In this document: in pieces, positions 40,373 through 48,614 of the stretch
Layout of the letters: each line of letters begins with the position of its first letter
How positions within the stretch are numbered: position 1 is the stretch's first letter
Origin: Ignavibacteriota bacterium
Lineage (GTDB): Bacteria; Bacteroidota; Ignavibacteria; Palsa-1295
DNA length: 64,000 nucleotides
Reading direction: 5' to 3'
Assembly (NCBI GenBank): GCA_963787835.1
Contig: CAWBEI010000003.1
Coordinates: forward strand, 439,586 to 503,585
Notes under the pieces: model-generated
Database searches by the model: none
What the model was told of the DNA's origin: nothing
What the model saw: only the letters and a program-made list of their open reading frames with translations
Made by a program: the position numbers and the translations under genes

Positions 40373-41661
40373 TTGGGAATAACAGTACCAACGACACAAT
40401 GGGAACGGTTCAGATACTCCTGTGCAGCGCGTTGAATATCCTCGGCCGTGATCGAACGATACATATCAAGTTCACGAAGACAGCACGCGGTATCCGCATT
40501 GAAGCACCAACCTTGCTGTAAGCGGTCTGCGCGGCGACCCAGTTCGACCATCGAACTCACGACTTCCATTTCCGCGCGATTCTTAACTTTTTCAAGTTCC
40601 GATCCGTCGATCGGCGCTTGCTTCAGCTTCTCGATCTCACCCCAGATCGCTTCTTCGACTTCTTCCACCGAGCTATTCGTCTGCACCTTTGCATCGAAGT
40701 AGAATACGCCTGTTTTCTCCGATCCGTTATTATTTGCATCCGCGCTACGGGCGATCTTTCGGCGATAAACCAATTCCTGATACAGCCTGCTACTACGCCC
40801 ACCCGCTAACGCCATGGATAGCAGATCAAGAACATATTCATCATGGCTGAGCCCTGGGGCGGACTGAAACGCGATATACACCGCTGGAAGCTTCACAGAA
40901 TCTTCGAGTGTGAACCGGACCTGTGAAGGTGTTGGAGTAATGATCTGCTCTGGGCGATTGACTGGAGCACCTTTGGGAATTGAACCGAAATAACGCTCGA
41001 TCAACCGGCGTACTTCCGATTCCTTAAAATCTCCAACGACCGCCAAGGAGCAATTATTCGGTTTGTAATATTCTGCGTGGAATGCTTGAGCATCCCCGAC
41101 AGTAGCTTGATCTAGATGATCCATCGAGCCAATAGTCGTCCAATGGTAACCACTGGTCGGCCAGAGCCTGCGAGCAATATTTTCCCAGACCGTGCCATAT
41201 GGTCGGTTATCGTAACGCTGACGGCGCTCTTCCTTGACCACTGCCCTTTGATTCTCAAAATTTTCGTGCGTTACATTGAGCGTCAGAAGCCGGTCACTCT
41301 CGAGCCACAGTGCGGTCTCTAATTCCGAGGAGGGAAGTGTTTCGAAATAATTCGTTCGATCGACATTCGTCGTTGCATTAAGCAACCCACCGGCACTCAG
41401 AACATATTTGAAATGCTCGGCTTTCCCGACATGCTTCGATCCCTGAAACATCATGTGCTCGAAGAGATGGGCAAAACCGGTGCGTGAAGGCGGATCGTCC
41501 TTCGAACCAACATGGTACCACAGGTTCGCCACGACGAGTTGAACACGGTGGCTTGGCGCCAATATCACATGGAGACCATTCTCCAGATCATATTCTGTAA
41601 AAGAGATCTTAGGGCCGCCAGTGGCATTAGCACGCAGGGTGGCATCTATTATTCTATCCAT
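40369..41661 (-). CDS. M16 zinc peptidase, catalytic type
   Basis: YHVGSKDD, HLFEHMMF, WLESDR, VVKEERR. Confidence 0.93.
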   Translation of the reverse strand: MDRIIDATLRANATGGPKISFTEYDLENGLHVILAPSHRVQLVVANLWYHVGSKDDPPSRTGFAHLFEHMMFQGSKHVGKAEHFKYVLSAGGLLNATTNVDRTNYFETLPSSELETALWLESDRLLTLNVTHENFENQRAVVKEERRQRYDNRPYGTVWENIARRLWPTSGYHWTTIGSMDHLDQATVGDAQAFHAEYYKPNNCSLAVVGDFKESEVRRLIERYFGSIPKGAPVNRPEQIITPTPSQVRFTLEDSVKLPAVYIAFQSAPGLSHDEYVLDLLSMALAGGRSSRLYQELVYRRKIARSADANNNGSEKTGVFYFDAKVQTNSSVEEVEEAIWGEIEKLKQAPIDGSELEKVKNRAEMEVVSSMVELGRRADRLQQGWCFNADTACCLRELDMYRSITAEDIQRAAQEYLNRSHCVVGTVIPK

Positions 41662-41676
41662 CTCCGAGTGGCAATT

Positions 41677-43008
41677 TTAATAATAGTTTGAGAGATCGTG
41701 AACATCCACATAGATCGTCGAGCGCGCATGGGCGAGCCATCGGGCGAGATCCTGACTTTGCTTCCATTGCAGCGCAGCCGCTTCGAGTTCGCGGTAATCC
41801 TCGTCAAGCGAGATTTTATGCGCCGGTACTTTTCGAATAAGTTTTACAATTTGAAATCCCGTTTTATTCGCGGCGTACGCAATGTGAATAGGTTCTGAAA
41901 CATCTCCTACGTTCAGGGAATCCACAACGGCACGTTGCTCCGGCGCAAGATCTTCGAGGCGAATACGCCCGAGCGTTCCACCGAAGGAACGGGTTTCGGC
42001 ATCGTCGGAATGATTTTCTGCCAGTTTAGCAAAATCCGCCCCGTGTTCGGCGCTGTCGCGTAAAACAAGCAGGCTATCCCGGATGGCTCCTTCATCGGCG
42101 GAATTGATCGTAGGCTTTATCAATATTTGGGCAACATGCACCTCTTCGCCTCGCCGCTCGATGAGTTTGATGATATGGAACCCTTGTACCGTTTCCACGA
42201 CATCCGAAATTTCCCCTGGCTTCAGTTTAAACGCCGCTTCTTCGAACGCGGGCAGGAACGTTCCCCGCGGATAGGAAGCGCCAAGATCCCCGCCACTCGA
42301 CGCATTAGGGTCCTGGGAGTACCGTTTTGCCATCACAGCAAAATCGGCCCCATGGCGGAGGGAATCGAGAATAGATTTGGCCAGATCGAGCGAGTGTTCC
42401 TTTTGATTCGGAAGCGGTTTAACGAGTTCCACGATCGTGGCAAGTTCGACTTCGTCACCAACAACAGGAAGCGAATCCTTATAGATCTGAAAGAATTTCT
42501 CGACATCCTGCCGAGAGATACTGGTTGACGGAGGAAGCACTTTATACCGTTCCTGTTGAACGATAAGATTCTCGCGCGTACGGGACCGAAGATCGGGGGA
42601 AGCTTTTAGCTCAGCGATCGTATGTCCAAATTGGCGTTCTACTTCCGACTCGCTGCCAAATCGCGTTACATAGCCCTTGATGAGGTCATTGATCTGATTA
42701 TCGACTTCCTGCTCCGAGACCGTCACAGAATCTTCGTCTGCTTTTGCAAGCAGCAGTTTTTGATCGATCTCGCTTTCTAATACTTGCTTCCTGAGCGCCA
42801 TCATAGTATCCGGATTTATATCCGTAGCGCCACGCTGCATCAGATAAAGCTGAGCCTGTGCATCGATCGAGGATTTATAGATCGGGTGCTTCCCCACGAC
42901 CGCAACAACAGCATCGAGCGTGGAGCCGTCTTTTATGGTTGCAGGCTGGCCTACGGCAACCTGAGCCATAAAAAGGATGAGGGCAAAAAAAGATAATGTA
43001 TGTTTCAT
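41677..43008 (-). CDS. SurA-like periplasmic chaperone/PPIase
   Basis: Signal peptide, LDAVVAVVG SurA N-domain, two parvulin domains (YSQD..GGDLG, HSDD..GGTLG). Confidence 0.9.
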   Translation of the reverse strand: MKHTLSFFALILFMAQVAVGQPATIKDGSTLDAVVAVVGKHPIYKSSIDAQAQLYLMQRGATDINPDTMMALRKQVLESEIDQKLLLAKADEDSVTVSEQEVDNQINDLIKGYVTRFGSESEVERQFGHTIAELKASPDLRSRTRENLIVQQERYKVLPPSTSISRQDVEKFFQIYKDSLPVVGDEVELATIVELVKPLPNQKEHSLDLAKSILDSLRHGADFAVMAKRYSQDPNASSGGDLGASYPRGTFLPAFEEAAFKLKPGEISDVVETVQGFHIIKLIERRGEEVHVAQILIKPTINSADEGAIRDSLLVLRDSAEHGADFAKLAENHSDDAETRSFGGTLGRIRLEDLAPEQRAVVDSLNVGDVSEPIHIAYAANKTGFQIVKLIRKVPAHKISLDEDYRELEAAALQWKQSQDLARWLAHARSTIYVDVHDLSNYY

Positions 43009-43059
43009 ATTAAGACTCTGATTTACCCGTATTGCGCCACAGAGGCGATCAGAGTGTGC

Positions 43060-45195
43060 TTAATGCTTAATTAAATTCCCCTGCTCACCGGAATGCTGCT
43101 TTGTCCAGGCGGCGGTAATGACCGGCTCGTTGATCTGACGGTCATATTTGGCTCGTAGTTCTTCGACCCATTGGGTGCGCAATTCCTGGGCACGATCATC
43201 CTGATACTGGCTTGCAACCTCCTGGCGTGCCTCGGCAAAGGTTTTTTGATGCGGCGGATCGCGGCGATTCAGCAGAACAATAGAATATCCACCCTGAAAG
43301 GCAAATGGCTCCTTGATCTCTCCCACCATAAAGCTGAAGCATTTTTGCGCCAACTGGTTCTCATCTTTGGTAACAAGCCCCCAATGTCCAGCCTTTTGCT
43401 TGAAACCGGGGCGATCCGTATATTGCTTGGCTAAGGTATCGAAGTTCTCACCGGCAATAGCACGTTTGTAGATCACTTTAGCAAGGGAATCCTTACCGGC
43501 GTTAAAGTAGATCTCCGAAATATCCACACGCTCCGGCCAGAGGAAATTGGCTTTGTGTGCTTCATAATACTTTACTTCATTTGCGCTATCCGGCACCACC
43601 TTCGACCACACGCGTTTATTCTCAAGATCGAACAAGATAATTCCGTTCTTGTAATCCTCCATGATCTTTTCGAACTCCGGATATTTGGAAGGAATCACAC
43701 GGGCCTCGATCTGGAGCGCAGCGTTCTCGGCGTTGGTCGTTATAATATCGCGTAACGAGTTGCGAGCAAGCGGTGCACCGGCCTTTGCGGTAAGGGAATC
43801 GATGAGCGTTCCGACGGTCCAGCTAACATCCCCCATGGTAAAAATGGGCTTGGAACGATCTTTCAGCTTCGAGGCCCAGTTCGAATCGGCGGAAGTCCGT
43901 GAGGAATCGATATGTGCCATGATATAATCAAGCGCAGTGGAATCGAGATGATAATGGTGAGTAGCTTCTATCCCCGAGATGAACTTCGCTTTGTCTTCAT
44001 CGAAATAATACTTCTTATAGAATTGCTCCAAATGATCCTTGGATTCATCAAACGTTCTGCCTCTCACCCCATTGACGCGCTTGATGATATGGTATCCAAA
44101 GCTCGTGCGAATGATACCCGATATCTCTCCATCCTTCAACGCATAGGCGGCTCGATCAAAAGAATATTCCGTACGGCGATCTTCATGGTTAATGGTGTCC
44201 ATATCGCCGCCGCGCACTGCGGTAGGCTTATCGTTGGAAGATTCCCTTGCAACTTCCTCGAAATTCGCCCCATTATGAATGGCCGTAAGAAGACTGTCTG
44301 CGGTGTGGTAAAAGGGCATCGTATCGATCCCCCCTATCTTTGGCATCGAAACAAGAATATGCTTAACATGCACACCACCCGTGTGAGGTTCTTTCGCGTA
44401 GAGCATAATGACATGGTAACCATACCGAGTTTTGACCGGGGTCTTCGTGTATTCACCCGGCTGGAGTGTGAACAGCGCATCCTCGAACGGGCGGACGGTC
44501 ATCCCAGCCATAAAAAAGCCGAGATCGCCACCCCCAAGGGAACTTGCATGATCGTCCGAACCACCCCAATTTACCATCAACGAGGTGTCGAGCTTTTTGC
44601 CATGAAGCACGGCAAGATCATGCTGATAGATCAGTGCGCGGTCACCGGGCTGCATACATACAAAGGCAAACGGGTAACCCTCATTCAACATTTGTATGAC
44701 CTGCATGGCACGTTTATAGGCTGCAAGGGTGTCTGCCGGATTTTTCCAATTCTTCACGCTCGCAAGAAAATGCGCGGCATGAACATCCCACTGCCTCCGT
44801 TCATACAAGGCTCGAACGGCGGGGTCAGTTATCTCTTTATCTAATATAAACGGGCCAGAAAGCATCCGGCGATATCCGGTGATCTCTTTTTGAACAGAGG
44901 GATCCTGATCGAGACCCTCTTCTTTTGCTTCCTGCAGCTTTAAATGGTAATCGGCATACACGCTGAGAAAATCCTTGAGTGAGTCCAGGGTGGTGGAATA
45001 CGGCGCCTTGCCATTCATGCGCTGAAACGCATCCTCGAATTCCGCAAGCGATACCTCGCCACCTTTCCACTTGATGAGCCACGGGCTGTTATCAGGCGAC
45101 GATGGGGTTTGCGCGTGAACAGGTGTATAACCGGTTCCGGCAAGAATAATGAAGCAAATTCCGAACAATAGCTTTCGGAGATGTGTACTCTGCAT
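43060..45195 (-). CDS. Multi-parvulin peptidylprolyl isomerase
   Basis: Likely start ATG 45195 with signal peptide; GGDLGFF..PVKTRYGYHVI, HILV..GGDM..GYHII, and a third parvulin-like domain. Confidence 0.9.
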   Translation of the reverse strand: MQSTHLRKLLFGICFIILAGTGYTPVHAQTPSSPDNSPWLIKWKGGEVSLAEFEDAFQRMNGKAPYSTTLDSLKDFLSVYADYHLKLQEAKEEGLDQDPSVQKEITGYRRMLSGPFILDKEITDPAVRALYERRQWDVHAAHFLASVKNWKNPADTLAAYKRAMQVIQMLNEGYPFAFVCMQPGDRALIYQHDLAVLHGKKLDTSLMVNWGGSDDHASSLGGGDLGFFMAGMTVRPFEDALFTLQPGEYTKTPVKTRYGYHVIMLYAKEPHTGGVHVKHILVSMPKIGGIDTMPFYHTADSLLTAIHNGANFEEVARESSNDKPTAVRGGDMDTINHEDRRTEYSFDRAAYALKDGEISGIIRTSFGYHIIKRVNGVRGRTFDESKDHLEQFYKKYYFDEDKAKFISGIEATHHYHLDSTALDYIMAHIDSSRTSADSNWASKLKDRSKPIFTMGDVSWTVGTLIDSLTAKAGAPLARNSLRDIITTNAENAALQIEARVIPSKYPEFEKIMEDYKNGIILFDLENKRVWSKVVPDSANEVKYYEAHKANFLWPERVDISEIYFNAGKDSLAKVIYKRAIAGENFDTLAKQYTDRPGFKQKAGHWGLVTKDENQLAQKCFSFMVGEIKEPFAFQGGYSIVLLNRRDPPHQKTFAEARQEVASQYQDDRAQELRTQWVEELRAKYDRQINEPVITAAWTKQHSGEQGNLIKH

Positions 45196-45369
45196 GTATT
45201 CGAATGAGTGCGAAAAGTGAGCGATATAAAGCCGAAATTGACCTAAAAAACGAGAATCTGTTCCGAATCGGGCGATTCCTTCTGCACGACGGAAAACAGT
45301 TTGGAAACAACGCCACAACCAGAGATTTTGGTTCGCTCAATCACCCTATAGCAAAGGCTGGGAAGCGGA

Positions 45370-46398
45370 TTACAGCTTGCGCTTCATCGCTCGCAATACC
45401 GCTACTTTAACGTCTGCACTGGTGAGACCGAAGAACTTCATGAGTTCATCGGGTTTGCCACTGCCGCCGAAGGTATCTTTTACACCAACGAATTCGACAG
45501 GCGTGGGAATTTCCTGGGCAAGTACTTCGGCTACTGCTCCGCCGAGACCTGCGGTGATCTGATGCTCTTCCGCAGTAACGATCGCGCCGCATTCGGAAGC
45601 GGCTGTCACGATGGCAGCACGGTCGAGCGGTTTAATGGTGGACATATTGATGACGCGAACGCTCACTCCTTCTGCTTCAAGTTCATACGCCGCAACAAGG
45701 GATTCCCAAACCATCGGCCCGCAGGCGATGATGGCCACATCACTGCCTTCTTTGAAAATTTGTGCTTTGCCAATTTCGAACGGAGTATCTTCCCGCGTGA
45801 AACTCGGAATATCTACTCTGCCGAAGCGAATGTAGGTTGGGCCGTAATATTCGCCAACAGCAACTGTCGCTTTCTTGGCTTCGAGGAAATCGCAGGGAAC
45901 AACGAGCGTCATGTTCGGCAATACTCGAATGATCGCTATCTCTTCGAGCGCCTGATGCGTAGCGCCATCCTCGCCAACGGAGATTCCGGCATGGCCTCCG
46001 CCGATCTTCACATTGGCGTCGTTATAGGCGCAAGAGATGCGTAGCATATCCGTATTGCGGCACGAAGCAAATGCGCCATAGGTAGCAAAAAATGGAATAT
46101 TTCCGGAAAGCGCGAGGCCCGTTGCAACCAGCGTGGCAGCAGCTTCGGTAATACCCATCGAGAAGAAGCGCTCAGGGAATTTATCTTTGAAATAGGAGGT
46201 CATGACGGAACCGGTAATATCGCCACCTAAGACGACGATGTTATCCCATCGCTCACCAAGCATCACCAAGCCCTCGCCAAACCCAAAGCGGGTGGCTTTC
46301 TTGCCTTGCATTTCGAATTTTTGTAGCACTCCGTATGTCGATGATAATATTGGACTGATTGGACTAAGTGGTCCGCTTAAAACTTCTGTTTTTGTCAT
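45370..46398 (-). CDS. Transketolase, C-terminal subunit
   Basis: ATRFGFG, FSMGITEA, GEDGATHQALEE, TAEEHQ..GLGGAVAE. Confidence 0.93.
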   Translation of the reverse strand: MTKTEVLSGPLSPISPILSSTYGVLQKFEMQGKKATRFGFGEGLVMLGERWDNIVVLGGDITGSVMTSYFKDKFPERFFSMGITEAAATLVATGLALSGNIPFFATYGAFASCRNTDMLRISCAYNDANVKIGGGHAGISVGEDGATHQALEEIAIIRVLPNMTLVVPCDFLEAKKATVAVGEYYGPTYIRFGRVDIPSFTREDTPFEIGKAQIFKEGSDVAIIACGPMVWESLVAAYELEAEGVSVRVINMSTIKPLDRAAIVTAASECGAIVTAEEHQITAGLGGAVAEVLAQEIPTPVEFVGVKDTFGGSGKPDELMKFFGLTSADVKVAVLRAMKRKL

Positions 46399-46442
46399 TA
46401 TTTCCCTATCCCAAAAATCCCATTCATCCCATAAATCCTGGT

Positions 46443-47393
46443 TTAGACCAATTCTTTCAATGCTTCTTCACCCTGCTCAGCTGTCGGCGGTTTGCCATGC
46501 CAGCGGTAATCGTCTTCCATAAAGCTTACGCCGCGACCCATGAAGGTTTGGGCTACAATGCAGGTAGGCCGGCCAGTTATCGTTCGCGCTTCCCTGAATG
46601 CCGCACGCAGTTCACCGATATTATTCCCGTTGCATTCGATCACATGGAAATTGAACGCCCGGAATTTATCGCCAACAGGATTTAACTTCATCACATCTTC
46701 GGTTCGTCCATCGATCTGACAATTGTTTCGATCGACGACCATCGTGAAATTATCGAGTTCCCAATGCGCTGCGATAAGCGCTGCTTCCCAAATTTCGCCT
46801 TCGGATAATTCGCCATCACCGGTGAGCGCAAACACTCTTCGGCCATTTTTATCGACTCGTTTATCGGCTAATGCCATTCCAACGGCGATACCCAACCCTT
46901 GCCCCAGTGAACCGGTCGAGCTTTCGATACCCGGCAATCCCATATCTCGTCCGGGATGGCCTTGCAGCCGAGAGTTAAAATTGCGAAGCGTCAGTAATTC
47001 CGATTTAGGGAAAAATCCGGCGTTGGCAAGAGTTGAATACAATACGGGACACATGTGGCCAGCGGAAAGAATAAAACGATCCCGACCTTCCCACCAGGGA
47101 TTCTTCGCGTCGTAGCGCATAACACCTGCGAAATACAGTGTTGCAAAAATATCCGCAGACCCGAGCGGCCCACCGGAATGCCCGCTCTTCGCCTCTACCA
47201 GTTCATGAATGATATCCCTGCGGATAGTTTGAGCAATTTCATGCAATTTCTCATCGCTATGATCTGCCGAGTTCCCGTATGGCACGAACGAGTCATAGCC
47301 ATATTTCGCGATGAGTTCGGGATTCGGAACAGGCCTCGTTGGGCCATGAAAGCCGGTGGTAAGAGGATAGATCTGATGCGTTAGCCGTGCCAT
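46443..47393 (-). CDS. Transketolase, N-terminal subunit
   Basis: SGHSGG, DRFILSAGH, LQGHP, STGSLGQG, GDGE ThDP motif, WHGK. Confidence 0.95.
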   Translation of the reverse strand: MARLTHQIYPLTTGFHGPTRPVPNPELIAKYGYDSFVPYGNSADHSDEKLHEIAQTIRRDIIHELVEAKSGHSGGPLGSADIFATLYFAGVMRYDAKNPWWEGRDRFILSAGHMCPVLYSTLANAGFFPKSELLTLRNFNSRLQGHPGRDMGLPGIESSTGSLGQGLGIAVGMALADKRVDKNGRRVFALTGDGELSEGEIWEAALIAAHWELDNFTMVVDRNNCQIDGRTEDVMKLNPVGDKFRAFNFHVIECNGNNIGELRAAFREARTITGRPTCIVAQTFMGRGVSFMEDDYRWHGKPPTAEQGEEALKELV

Positions 47394-47505
47394 GCGTGTG
47401 GAGGGTACCGTTTAATCAGCCCTCAAAAGAGAGCGAAGCGAGAAATGGTTTCAAAAAATAGAGTTCAATAATAATACGCGCATATATTGCTTTTTCCCTA
47501 AAAGC

Positions 47506-47536
47506 AAAAAACCCACTCGGTTTCGAATGGGTTTTT
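47506..47536 (-). terminator. Intrinsic terminator after rpsU (possibly bidirectional)
   Basis: AAAAAACCCA-CTCG-GTTT-CGAA-TGGGTTTTT. Confidence 0.8.
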
Positions 47537-47559
47537 GAAAAATTCATGCGAGGAGAGCA

Positions 47560-47754
47560 TTATACCTGTTCTGCCTGCACGTGCATCTGCCGGCGTGCCG
47601 CACGCTGACGCAGCATCTTGTTCTTGACCGAGGGCTTTTCGAAATACGTCCTGCGGCGATATTCTTTTAAGATGCCCGAACGCTCGTACTTCTTCTTGAA
47701 GCGGCGAAGCGCCCGATCGATCGGTTCGTGTTCCTGTACGATGATTCCTACCAA
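47560..47754 (-). CDS. rpsU: 30S ribosomal protein S21
   Basis: IDRALRRFKKK..GILKEYRRRTYFEKPS; TTG start preceded by AGGAG. Confidence 0.96.
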   Translation of the reverse strand: MVGIIVQEHEPIDRALRRFKKKYERSGILKEYRRRTYFEKPSVKNKMLRQRAARRQMHVQAEQV

Positions 47755-47795
47755 GCTAAATACTCCTTTTTGAAAATTGGGATGGCGAAAACCGC

Positions 47796-48266
47796 TTATT
47801 GCGGCTGAAAGTTCTCCAACAGTTTCCGCTCACCGGACTTCTCGAAATGTACCAACACGGCGTTCCTTCCACTGGCCGTGACTTCCTTACCCATCACCGT
47901 GCCGACGTCATCCCAATCCTTGTGGAAGATCGCTTCGCCGATCGCATAAATGCGGCTGGGCGAGTACGGCGTGCATTCCGAAGCAGAAAGCATCGTATGC
48001 GCCTTGGGCTTCTCGCTCATCAGCGCCGTAAGGTTGACGAGCATCGTGTTGTGGCACTTGGTGCAGCGAACCCACAAATTCTCCGGCACAGGCTCTTCGG
48101 CAGCGCGGTCGATCGGCTGAGGATCTTCACCGGCCAAACGGGTGCGCGCCTCGCCAACGATCTCCTTTCGGGCCGTACGAGTGCATTCCGAGCAGAGCAT
48201 CAGCCCAGTGATGTACTTCGAGCGCCGTCGGGTGCGGGGTGTCTTTGTTGCGGTTTTCGTCGCCAA
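47796..48266 (-). CDS. Hypothetical protein: Zn ribbon plus C-terminal Tudor/KOW-like domain
   Basis: CSEC...CTKC; YAIGEAIFHKDWDDVGTV...VLVHFEKSGERKLLEN; TTG start. Confidence 0.8.
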   Translation of the reverse strand: MATKTATKTPRTRRRSKYITGLMLCSECTRTARKEIVGEARTRLAGEDPQPIDRAAEEPVPENLWVRCTKCHNTMLVNLTALMSEKPKAHTMLSASECTPYSPSRIYAIGEAIFHKDWDDVGTVMGKEVTASGRNAVLVHFEKSGERKLLENFQPQ

Positions 48267-48543
48267 GGTAGTGGTATATTCGATGCGGTTTTACGGTCCG
48301 AACCTTGCTTATTGAAAGAAAAACGCTCTTTTCAGGGAGAGTTTAGTTTTCATTTAGCAAAGTCGCGGAATTACGAGTCTTATTAAACTACTAATTCATT
48401 GTGATACGTTCCCTTTACCGGTCTCGATCAAGAAACAACATTAAATTTTCATGAATTTCAACGTGAAGTCAGCGGAAGAATACTCTGGTTGACTACATGA
48501 ACCTACCGATCATGCACGGCAAACGACTATTTCTACAAATGCA

Positions 48544-48569
48544 AAGAGGCGGGGGAAACCCCGCCTCTT
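48544..48569 (-). terminator. Hairpin terminator after rpoC
   Basis: AAGAGGCGGGG-GAAA-CCCCGCCTCTT; short U tail. Confidence 0.75.
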
Positions 48570-48614
48570 ATACAAGTTAGCTGTAAGTCAATCAATAATT
48601 ACGCACAGGGAGCG

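Noticed and set aside
13048-44844. Other 240-340 aa antisense ORFs (13048, 17819, 19517, 35084, 36692, 43912)
   Set aside because: Each lies wholly opposite a well-supported gene and has no recognisable domain
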